DNA from: an uncultured Pseudomonadota bacterium
GTDB taxonomy: Bacteria; Pseudomonadota; Alphaproteobacteria; RF32; CAG-239
DNA length: 64,000 nt
Assembly: GCA_947054505.1 (NCBI GenBank)
Contig: CAMRWU010000010.1
Location: 1,893-65,892, forward strand
Reading direction: 5' to 3'
The translations under genes and the position numbers were made by a program. Positions 20,279-28,323 of this stretch are shown piece after piece (the first letter of the stretch is position 1; each line of letters begins with the position of its first letter). The notes beneath the pieces are model-generated. The model searched no databases and was not told where the DNA came from. It worked only from the letters and a program-made list of their open reading frames with translations.

Positions 20279-21193
20279 ATGCGCCATAAAAAAGGAAATG
20301 CCGTCAACGGCTGGTTAATTATTGACAAGCCGCGAGATATGGGATCAACGCAGGTCGTAAATTTGACACGCCGTTTGTTCAACGCTAAGAAGAACGGGCA
20401 TTGCGGAACATTAGATCCTTTTGCAACCGGTGTTCTGCCGATTGCTTTCGGGGAGGCGACCAAGCTTATCCCCTATGTGACCGACGGCGCAAAGGAATAT
20501 GAGTTTATTATCAAATGGGGCTGTGAAACGGATAGCGGTGATACTGAGGGAACCGTGACGGAAAGCGGCGGGCGTGTTCCGACGCGTGATGAAATTTTGC
20601 AAATTTTGCCATCTTTTTGGGGAACGATAACTCAGGTTCCTCCTGCTTATTCTGCCATCAAAATAAACGGGCAGAGAGCGTATGATTTGGCGCGGCGAGG
20701 TGAGGAGGTTGACATGCCGTCTCGGCAGGTTGAAATTTATTCTCTTGAGTTGTTGGAAGAATTGTCGGCGAATCGGGCAAAGTTTCGGGTGGGATGTTCC
20801 AAAGGGACGTATATTCGCACTTTAGGAAGAGATATTGCCAGAAGACTCGGAACATTCGGCTATCTGGAAGAACTTCGGCGGACAAAATGCGGCAATTTTG
20901 ACTTGAGTCAGAAGATTTTGCTGGAAAATATAAAAAATATGGAGTATGGTGAAGACCTTGAAGAAGTTTTGCTTCCTTTAATAACTTGTCTGCGCGACAT
21001 CGCGGTCATAGCTGTAGGGGAAGTTGAAGCAACCAAGCTTCGTCAAGGGCAGGGGCTGTCCCCCAAGATGTTTGACGTGTCAAATCTGATCGGGAAGGAA
21101 GCCGCTGTGACGTATGACGGGCAGTTGGTTGCGATAGTGCGAATCGAAGAACGCAAAATTTCTCCGGTTCGGGTTTTTAATCTTAATAAATAA
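20279..21193 (+). CDS. truB: tRNA pseudouridine(55) synthase
   Basis: [44 protein letters not shown]; promoter TTGACA-17-TATGAA upstream. Confidence 0.98.
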   Translation: MRHKKGNAVNGWLIIDKPRDMGSTQVVNLTRRLFNAKKNGHCGTLDPFATGVLPIAFGEATKLIPYVTDGAKEYEFIIKWGCETDSGDTEGTVTESGGRVPTRDEILQILPSFWGTITQVPPAYSAIKINGQRAYDLARRGEEVDMPSRQVEIYSLELLEELSANRAKFRVGCSKGTYIRTLGRDIARRLGTFGYLEELRRTKCGNFDLSQKILLENIKNMEYGEDLEEVLLPLITCLRDIAVIAVGEVEATKLRQGQGLSPKMFDVSNLIGKEAAVTYDGQLVAIVRIEERKISPVRVFNLNK

Positions 21194-21200
21194 GGAAAAT

Positions 21201-21473
21201 ATGATGTCGATTTCTAATGAAAAGAAACAAGAATTAGTTAAAGCTTATGGTTTGAATCCGAACGATACCGGTTCTCCGGAAGTTCAGATTGCAATTTGGA
21301 CAGCTGAAATCAATAACCTGATTGAACACTTCAAAACTCATGCCAAAGATACTCACTCTCGTCTGGGTTTGATGAAGAAAGTCAGCCGTCGTCGTCACCT
21401 TTTGGATTACCTGAAAGGTAAAAGCGAAAGCAGATATCAGGATTTGATTAAAAAATTAGATCTCAGAAAATAA
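21201..21473 (+). CDS. rpsO: 30S ribosomal protein S15
   Basis: [25 protein letters not shown]. Confidence 0.99.
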   Translation: MMSISNEKKQELVKAYGLNPNDTGSPEVQIAIWTAEINNLIEHFKTHAKDTHSRLGLMKKVSRRRHLLDYLKGKSESRYQDLIKKLDLRK

Positions 21474-21718
21474 ATTTATGCGGCATCTGGAGCAAAAAAT
21501 ACAGGACAAAAAAAATTCACGTAGTAGTGTCTACGCTAAAATTTTTGTTGCCCTGTTTTTCACTCCAGTTGCCTACTTAAATTTATTTTCTCCGTGCCAT
21601 AAACACGTGGTGTTGTGGTAAGGTTTTATAGAACTGCGGGCAATGATGTTTCGCGGTTCTTTTTGTAAAAATCCTGCATGGGGCAGGTAGATGATTGTAT
21701 GAAGAAAGGTAAAGAAAT

Positions 21719-23839
21719 ATGATCGATTTTAAAGTGTGCCGCAAAGAGATGGAATGGGGCGGCCGCAAGTTGGTATTAGAAACAGGTAAAATGGCAAGAC
21801 AGGCTACCGGCGCTGTTGTTGTTACCTATGGCGGAACAGAAGTTATTGCGACAGTGTGCGCAGCAAAAGAGGCAAAGGCAGATCAGGATTTCTTTCCTTT
21901 GACAGTTAACTATCAGGAAAAATATTATGCAACCGGTAAAGTTCCCGGTGGTTTTATGAAACGTGAAGGTAAACCTTCCGAACGCGAAGTTTTGTTGTCT
22001 CGTTTGATTGATCGTCCTATCCGTCCGTTGTTTCCGGATGCTTTCAAAAATGAAGTTCAGATTATTTGTACGGTTTTGTCACATGACCAAAACACCGACT
22101 CAGATATTCCGGCTATGATTGCGGCTTCTGCTGCTTTGGCAATTTCGGGTATTCCGTTCTTGGGTCCTATCGCCGGTGCGAAAGTCGGTTATAAAAACGG
22201 TGAATATATTTTGAATCCGACGATTGAACAGCTCAAAGATACGGATTTGGAATTGGTTGTTGCCGGTACATCTGAAGGCGTTTTGATGGTAGAATCTGAG
22301 GCTCAGGAATTGTCCGAAGAAACGATGCTCGGAGCCGTTATGTTCGGTTTTGACAGCTTCCAGCCGGTTATCAAATTGATTGGCGAGTTGAAGGCTGATG
22401 CCGGTAAAGAAGCTTGGGAAGCTCCTGTATTTCCGCCGGAGTTTGACGCTTTGTACAATCGTATCGAAAAAGAATTCGGCGCTAAATTTGCCGAGGCTTT
22501 TAAGGAAACCGATAAATTAAAACGCGGTACTTTGGTTGGTCAGGCTTCTGAAGAAGTTAAGGCGACAATTGATCCTGAAAATGAATTGGAAGTTCGCTAT
22601 GTTGGCGATGCTATTGAAAAATTGATGCACAAAGTTATGCGTGAGGCTGTTTTGACAACCGGTCATCGTATTGACGGTCGTGATACCAAAACGGTTCGTC
22701 CGATTGAATGTCAGGTTGATGTTTTGCCGATGGCTCACGGTTCAGCTTTGTTTACTCGTGGAGAGACACAGGCTTTGGTTGTCACCACTTTGGGTACAGG
22801 CGAAGATGCTCAGATTATCGATGGTTTGTTGGATGAATATAAAGAAGACTTTATGCTCAATTATAACTTCCCGCCGTTCTCTGTCGGTGAATGCGGTCGT
22901 ATCGGAAGTCCGGGACGTCGTGAAATCGGTCACGGAAAATTGGCTTGGCGCGCTATCCACCCAATGATGCCGAAAGATAAGGATGCATTCCCGTATACCA
23001 TTCGCGTGGTTTCTGAGATTATGGAATCCAACGGTTCTTCTTCTATGGCAACTGTTTGCGGTACGACAATGTCTTTGATGTCTGCCGGTGTGCCGATGGA
23101 AAAGCCGGTTGCCGGTATTGCGATGGGTTTGATTAAAGAAGACGATGGTCGTGTTGCCGTTTTGACAGATATTCTCGGTGACGAAGATCACCTCGGTGAT
23201 ATGGATTTCAAAGTTGCCGGAACAAAAGACGGTGTAACTGCTTTGCAAATGGATATCAAAATTACATCCATTACTAAAGAAATCATGAAGACAGCGTTGG
23301 CTCAGGCGCATGAAGGACGTATTCATATTTTGGGCGAGATGGCAAAAGCTATTGCCGCTCCGCGTCCGCATGTTTCTGACAAGGCACCGCGTATTGTCGC
23401 AATTAAAATTCCGGTTGATAAAATCCGTGAAGTTATCGGTACAGGCGGTAAGGTTATTCGTGAAATCGTTGAAAAAACTCATACCAAAATTGACATTACT
23501 GATGACGGTGTCGTTAAAATCGCTTCTATGAAAAAAGAAGACGGTGATGCGGCTTTGGAATGGATTATGGGTATTGTTGCCGAACCGGAAGAAGGCAAAA
23601 TCTATCATGGTGTTGTTACCAAGATTATGGATTTTGGTGCTTTTGTTCGCTTCTTGGGAACAACCGAAGGTTTGGTTCATATTTCCGAAGTTAAGCCGGA
23701 AAGAATCGCAACCGTTTCTGAGTTCTATAAAGAAGGTGATTCTATTTGGGTTAAATGTCTGGGAACGGATAATCGCGGTAAGGTCAAACTTTCAGCCAAA
23801 CGCGTTAATCAGGAAACAGGCGAAGATCTCGAGAAGTAA
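21719..23839 (+). CDS. pnp: Polyribonucleotide nucleotidyltransferase
   Basis: [40 protein letters not shown] and S1 domains. Confidence 0.99.
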   Translation: MIDFKVCRKEMEWGGRKLVLETGKMARQATGAVVVTYGGTEVIATVCAAKEAKADQDFFPLTVNYQEKYYATGKVPGGFMKREGKPSEREVLLSRLIDRPIRPLFPDAFKNEVQIICTVLSHDQNTDSDIPAMIAASAALAISGIPFLGPIAGAKVGYKNGEYILNPTIEQLKDTDLELVVAGTSEGVLMVESEAQELSEETMLGAVMFGFDSFQPVIKLIGELKADAGKEAWEAPVFPPEFDALYNRIEKEFGAKFAEAFKETDKLKRGTLVGQASEEVKATIDPENELEVRYVGDAIEKLMHKVMREAVLTTGHRIDGRDTKTVRPIECQVDVLPMAHGSALFTRGETQALVVTTLGTGEDAQIIDGLLDEYKEDFMLNYNFPPFSVGECGRIGSPGRREIGHGKLAWRAIHPMMPKDKDAFPYTIRVVSEIMESNGSSSMATVCGTTMSLMSAGVPMEKPVAGIAMGLIKEDDGRVAVLTDILGDEDHLGDMDFKVAGTKDGVTALQMDIKITSITKEIMKTALAQAHEGRIHILGEMAKAIAAPRPHVSDKAPRIVAIKIPVDKIREVIGTGGKVIREIVEKTHTKIDITDDGVVKIASMKKEDGDAALEWIMGIVAEPEEGKIYHGVVTKIMDFGAFVRFLGTTEGLVHISEVKPERIATVSEFYKEGDSIWVKCLGTDNRGKVKLSAKRVNQETGEDLEK

Positions 23840-23855
23840 TCAAGAATCTTTGTTG

Positions 23856-23888
23856 AAAAAAGCCGAGAATAAACATTCTCGGCTTTTT
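23856..23888 (+). terminator. Terminator after pnp
   Basis: AAAAAGCCGAGAAT/ATTCTCGGCTTTTT. Confidence 0.9.
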
Positions 23889-23962
23889 CTTGACTTTTAT
23901 TTGTTTTTGTCTAAAATGTTGCTATCTTAAAAAATTAGAAAAAGAAATTATTAACCATTTTA

Positions 23963-24265
23963 ATGCCTAGTAACATGAGTGCATATTTTTTTATGATCAT
24001 CATGCTTGTTATGCTGGTTTGCTTCGCTCTCTGGAATGCTGATGTGAGGTTCTCGAAGCATCGCAAAAAAGTGACCAAGCAAGTGTTTATCGTCGTTATC
24101 TGTCTTATCGGTGTTATGGCTGTCTTTCTTACGCTTGATTTGCTGGATAGTCAGGCCATGTATCCGGAGATATATAAGCCGTATATCATGAATTATTATC
24201 CGATGGTCTTGTGGTCGTTGGTTAGTGTTCTGATGTATGGCGTTTATCGCAGAATGTTCTCATAA
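23963..24265 (+). CDS. Hypothetical membrane protein (3 TM)
   Basis: Three hydrophobic segments; own promoter TTGACT-16-TAAAAT (23890-23917) and terminator (24271-24309). Confidence 0.75.
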   Translation: MPSNMSAYFFMIIMLVMLVCFALWNADVRFSKHRKKVTKQVFIVVICLIGVMAVFLTLDLLDSQAMYPEIYKPYIMNYYPMVLWSLVSVLMYGVYRRMFS

Positions 24266-24414
24266 CGAGAGAAACGTCGTCTTTGTGAAAAGACGGCGTT
24301 TCGTTTTTTAAAAAATCCTTGAAAAATAAAAAAAAGTGATGTATGAGTCAACTCACCTGTCATGGCACCCCTGGAGGCCGGATGGGTTTGTTTAATTTTT
24401 TTAGGAATTTAAAA

Positions 24415-24705
24415 ATGGTATCTATTACATTTAATGCTGAAAAGCGTGAGAAAGCAGGTAAGGGGGCAGCTCGTGCGTGTCGTCGTGAGGGTCGCATTCC
24501 TGCCGTTATTTATGGTGGAAAACAAGAAAGCATTATGATTTCTTTGCACCCTGTTGAATTGGAAAAAGCTTTGGATACAGCTGGTTTTTACAATGCTGAT
24601 ATCGAAGTTGTTTTAGACGGCAAAAAAATCAAAGTCGCTTGTCAGGATGTACAGTTTCATCCGGTGTCTGATGCGCCGTTGCATGTTGACTTCTTGAGAA
24701 AGTAA
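24415..24705 (+). CDS. rplY: 50S ribosomal protein L25, single-domain short form (96 aa)
   Basis: GKGAARACRREGRIPAVIYG, DVQFHPV, HVDFLRK*; start after AGGA ribosome-binding site. Confidence 0.96.
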   Translation: MVSITFNAEKREKAGKGAARACRREGRIPAVIYGGKQESIMISLHPVELEKALDTAGFYNADIEVVLDGKKIKVACQDVQFHPVSDAPLHVDFLRK

Positions 24706-24838
24706 AACGTATTTTGGCTTTCTAATACAGATTTTTCGGGTTGGTGAAATGCTCATGTACGTCTTGTACACTCCGCTTTCACCCCCTGAAATCTTATTAT
24801 AAAGTTCAAACTCTGCTTTACTTTCAGCGGCTAAATTT

Positions 24839-24865
24839 CAATCCTGATTGCAGGATTGTTTTTTT
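24839..24865 (+). terminator. Terminator-like hairpin 13 nt upstream of the pth start
   Basis: CAATCCTG-ATTG-CAGGATTG followed by T7. Confidence 0.7.
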
Positions 24866-24878
24866 ATTGAGGGTTGCT

Positions 24879-25451
24879 ATGTTTCTTATCGTTGGTTTAG
24901 GGAATCCTGGGGCAGAATATGAAGCGACGCGTCATAATGTCGGTTTTATGACCGTAGATGCGATGGCGCAGGATTATGGTTTTGGTCCGTGGCGGGCTAA
25001 ATTTGACGGGATGATTGCCGAGGGTAAAATCGAGGGTGAGAAGGTTTATTTGTTAAAGCCGCAGACTTATATGAACTTGTCGGGAAATTCCGTGGTAAAG
25101 GCGGCACATTTTTATAAAATTCTTCCGCAGGATATTGTTGTTATCCATGATGATATGGATTTGCCGGTCGGAAAGATAAAAGCCAAGTTGGGTGGTGGTG
25201 CCGGTGGGCATAATGGTTTGAAGTCGATTGATGCCGCAGTTACACCGAATTATAATCGTATCAGAATTGGAGTGGGGCATCCTGACGGTAATGGCGAGAA
25301 AGTTGTTAATCATGTGTTGTCGCGTTTTTCAAAGACAGATGCGGAAGATATAGAAAAAGACATTGAAATCGTTGTCAAATCAATCGGTGTTCTTTTGAAA
25401 AAAGGAATCGGAGAATATTCCGGACAATTGGGAATGCTGATGAAAAAATAA
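24879..25451 (+). CDS. pth: Peptidyl-tRNA hydrolase
   Basis: LIVGLGNPG, TRHNVGF, KPQTYMNLSG, HDDMD, GGHNGLKS. Confidence 0.98.
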   Translation: MFLIVGLGNPGAEYEATRHNVGFMTVDAMAQDYGFGPWRAKFDGMIAEGKIEGEKVYLLKPQTYMNLSGNSVVKAAHFYKILPQDIVVIHDDMDLPVGKIKAKLGGGAGGHNGLKSIDAAVTPNYNRIRIGVGHPDGNGEKVVNHVLSRFSKTDAEDIEKDIEIVVKSIGVLLKKGIGEYSGQLGMLMKK

Positions 25452-25495
25452 GGACAGTTTTATAATAAAAATTAGTATGTAACTTAAATTATTTT

Positions 25496-25921
25496 ATGAT
25501 GAAAATTTTGACTTTTTTCAAAAAGTGGCGTGAACGAGCTTTGCTGAAAGAGCTACAGAACCTTTATTTTGGTAATCGAGCTTTCGGTAATGGTAAGAGC
25601 GCGTTGGATGACTGGTTTGAGAGGCATTATAAAGATGTTCTTGAATCCGATGAGCTTTTAAGCTTTATTGAGCGTCGGCATGGTTTAGCAGCAAGGTTCA
25701 TGAAGTATGTCCCTCAAACTGTGAAAACACAACGTGTTCTTTGCCGTTTGGGATGTGATGCGAGGAATAAGCCATGTCTGAAGTATAGCGACTTGTTTGA
25801 TTTGTATATCATGTATTATCAAAAACTCAGTCCCGAAATCGAGAGAATGCTTTTCGACGATGAGCAAAAATATCGTGATGCGCTTACCTTGCTTCGTCTG
25901 CGTGGTTATGAAAGAATGTAA
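25496..25921 (+). CDS. Hypothetical protein (141 aa, orphan-like)
   Basis: Fills the pth-ychF gap; followed by its own terminator 25928-25963. Confidence 0.75.
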   Translation: MMKILTFFKKWRERALLKELQNLYFGNRAFGNGKSALDDWFERHYKDVLESDELLSFIERRHGLAARFMKYVPQTVKTQRVLCRLGCDARNKPCLKYSDLFDLYIMYYQKLSPEIERMLFDDEQKYRDALTLLRLRGYERM

Positions 25922-26032
25922 TCTGAAAATAAAAGCCTTATCTGAAAAGATGAGGCTTTTATTGTTGAAAAAAGAAACTTTATCCGTTATAAGAAAAACA
26001 ATTTTATAGCTATAAAAACAGGAGTTTATTTT

Positions 26033-27142
26033 ATGGGATTTAATTGTGGAATTGTTGGTTTGCCAAATGTGGGAAAATCAACATTGTTTAATGCATTGAC
26101 GCAAACAATTGCGGCTCAGGCAGCGAATTTTCCGTTTTGTACGATTGAGCCGAATACTGGTCGTGTTGCTGTGCCGGATGCTCGTTTGGATAAGTTGGTT
26201 GAATTGGTTAAGCCGAAAAGTGTTGTGCCGACACAATTGGAATTTGTGGATATTGCCGGTTTGGTAAAAGGGGCTTCCAAGGGCGAGGGATTGGGTAATC
26301 AATTCTTGGCGAATATTCGTGAAGTGGATGCGATTATTCATGTATTGCGTTGTTTTGAAAATGAAAACATCACTCACGTCGAAGGTTCTGTTGATCCGGT
26401 GCGTGATGCGGAAATCGTTGAAACGGAACTGATGATTGCTGATTTGGAATCTCTGGAAAAACGTTTTGATCAAGCGCAGAAAAAAGCGCGCGGCGGCGAT
26501 AAAGAAGCAATTTTGAATGTTAGTGTCATGACGCCGGTTATTGAGGCATTAAAAGCCGGAAAGCCGGCCAGAGTTGCCGCACCGGATGTTGCAAACAAAG
26601 ATGCTTGCAAGGCTTATAAAATGTTGCAACTTTTGACATCAAAGCCGGTCTTATATGTTTGTAATGTCGACGAAAATTCTGCCGCTGAGGGGAATGAGTT
26701 TTCTAAAAAGGTTTTTGAAAAAGCGGCGGTCGAAGGGGCGCAAGCCGTTATTATCTCTGCGGAGATCGAAGCGGAAGTGGCTCAGTTGGAATCTGATGAA
26801 GAACGTCAGGAGTTTTTGGAATCTTTAGGTTTGAGCGAAACCGGTTTGACTAAGATTATTCGTTCCGGCTATGCTTTGCTCGGACTTCAAACTTATTTTA
26901 CCGCCGGTGTGAAAGAGGTTCGCGCGTGGACGTTTTTGAAAGGTTCGAAAGCACCGCAATGTGCCGGTATTATTCACTCTGATTTTGAACGTGGTTTCAT
27001 CCGAGCTGAAACAATCGCCTATGACGATTACATCTCTTTGGGTGGTGAGCAGGCTTGTAAGGAAGCCGGTAAAATGCGCTCGGAAGGGAAAGAGTATGTG
27101 GTGCAGGATGGGGATTTGCTGAATTTCTTGTTTAATGTTTAG
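26033..27142 (+). CDS. ychF: Ribosome-binding ATPase YchF
   Basis: GIVGLPNVGKSTLFNALT, DIAGLVKGAS.GEGLGN.FL, IHSDFERGFIRAE; promoter TTGAAA-17-TATAAG. Confidence 0.99.
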   Translation: MGFNCGIVGLPNVGKSTLFNALTQTIAAQAANFPFCTIEPNTGRVAVPDARLDKLVELVKPKSVVPTQLEFVDIAGLVKGASKGEGLGNQFLANIREVDAIIHVLRCFENENITHVEGSVDPVRDAEIVETELMIADLESLEKRFDQAQKKARGGDKEAILNVSVMTPVIEALKAGKPARVAAPDVANKDACKAYKMLQLLTSKPVLYVCNVDENSAAEGNEFSKKVFEKAAVEGAQAVIISAEIEAEVAQLESDEERQEFLESLGLSETGLTKIIRSGYALLGLQTYFTAGVKEVRAWTFLKGSKAPQCAGIIHSDFERGFIRAETIAYDDYISLGGEQACKEAGKMRSEGKEYVVQDGDLLNFLFNV

Positions 27143-27250
27143 GAAAGCTTGTCTAGCTGGTGACTAATATAGATTTTGCGGGTTGGCAAATCTTATTATT
27201 CACACACGCTATTCAACCTTTGGGATAGTGATTTTTGGGGAGAGAAGAAA

Positions 27251-27721
27251 ATGCGTTTGGCCTTGTTTCAGCCGGATATTCCGCAAAACACGGGAACATT
27301 AATGCGCTTGTGTGCGTGTGTCGATATGCCTATTGATATTATTGAACCGTGTGGTTTTATTTTTAATGAAAAGGCGATGCGTCGTGCCGGAATGGATTAT
27401 TTGGATATGGTTGATTATCGCCGGCATGACAGTTGGCAAGATTTTCTCAAATATCGTGAGGAACATCCGGAAGAATACGGGCGTTTGGTTTTGATGACAA
27501 CAAAGGCCAGCCAGCCGTATACGGATTTTCAGTTTAGGGATAATGACATTATTTTGATGGGACGGGAAAGTGCCGGTGTGCCGGAAGATGTGCATCAGAC
27601 TGTTGATGCGCGGATTATTATTCCGATGAATGAAAAAGCTCGTTCTATCAATGTTGCTGTTTCGGCAGTGATGGTTGTCGGTGAGGCTTTGCGGCAAACA
27701 AACGGTTTTCCGAAAAAATAG
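27251..27721 (+). CDS. trmL: tRNA (cytidine/uridine-2'-O)-methyltransferase, SPOUT family
   Basis: FQPDIPQNTG, RRAGMDY, MGRESAGVP, RSINVAVS. Confidence 0.95.
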   Translation: MRLALFQPDIPQNTGTLMRLCACVDMPIDIIEPCGFIFNEKAMRRAGMDYLDMVDYRRHDSWQDFLKYREEHPEEYGRLVLMTTKASQPYTDFQFRDNDIILMGRESAGVPEDVHQTVDARIIIPMNEKARSINVAVSAVMVVGEALRQTNGFPKK

Positions 27722-27731
27722 TTTTGCAGAT

Positions 27732-27762
27732 AAAACCCCGAGATAATTTGTCTCGGGGTTTT
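27732..27762. terminator. Bidirectional terminator
   Basis: AAAACCCCGAGA/TCTCGGGGTTTT between convergent genes. Confidence 0.85.
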
Positions 27763-27771
27763 GTTGTATGG

Positions 27772-28320
27772 TTATTTTTTACACCTGTTAGAATCTTTGG
27801 CGATTTCAGAATATTCTTCAGGGTCTATGAATAAGTATGATTGTAGTTGTGTTGATGAGGAAACACCATAAGTTTGATTATTGGTATTGGGAATCTCGTA
27901 TACTCCATCTCGGCGGTGAACAAAAATGCAGGGTGTTCCTCCTATATCACTATAGGGAAGCCAGTGCCAATCTTCACCATAACCGAGATAAAACTCTTCG
28001 GTATTTCCGGCATTTTCAGATACTTTCTGCATTAGTCTTATTCGACAATTTAAAGTCTTTAGATTGCTATATAATAGCTCTAATTCATCAGCACTAGGAA
28101 TATACCAGACGGCTTTTCTGTCAAGAATATCTTTTCCTGTTTCTGGATTTGAGCAACCGAGATATTCCCTGTTTATTCGACCGGTACGGCTGAGTGCGGC
28201 CTGAAAGACATTGACAGGATTAAGATCTTCCTGAGGTTCGTCTTGGGCTCCTCGTTTGAGTGCGCAAAGCGTTGAGCTTGATCCATATGAATATATGGTG
28301 ACATGAGGGCTACCATTCAT
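27772..28320 (-). CDS. C-terminal part (DUF1566/Lcl-like domain) of the interrupted Cys-rich protein
   Basis: WYIPSADELELLYSNL resembles the WxLPSxxELxxLY motif; same frame as 28324..30078, separated only by TGA-GGC. Confidence 0.65.
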   Translation of the reverse strand: MNGSPHVTIYSYGSSSTLCALKRGAQDEPQEDLNPVNVFQAALSRTGRINREYLGCSNPETGKDILDRKAVWYIPSADELELLYSNLKTLNCRIRLMQKVSENAGNTEEFYLGYGEDWHWLPYSDIGGTPCIFVHRRDGVYEIPNTNNQTYGVSSSTQLQSYLFIDPEEYSEIAKDSNRCKK

Positions 28321-28323
28321 GCC

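Noticed and set aside
27772-28320. DGR variable region at the DUF1566-like C-terminus
   Set aside because: No reverse transcriptase or adenine-mismatched template repeat in the window; cannot be excluded elsewhere in the genome.
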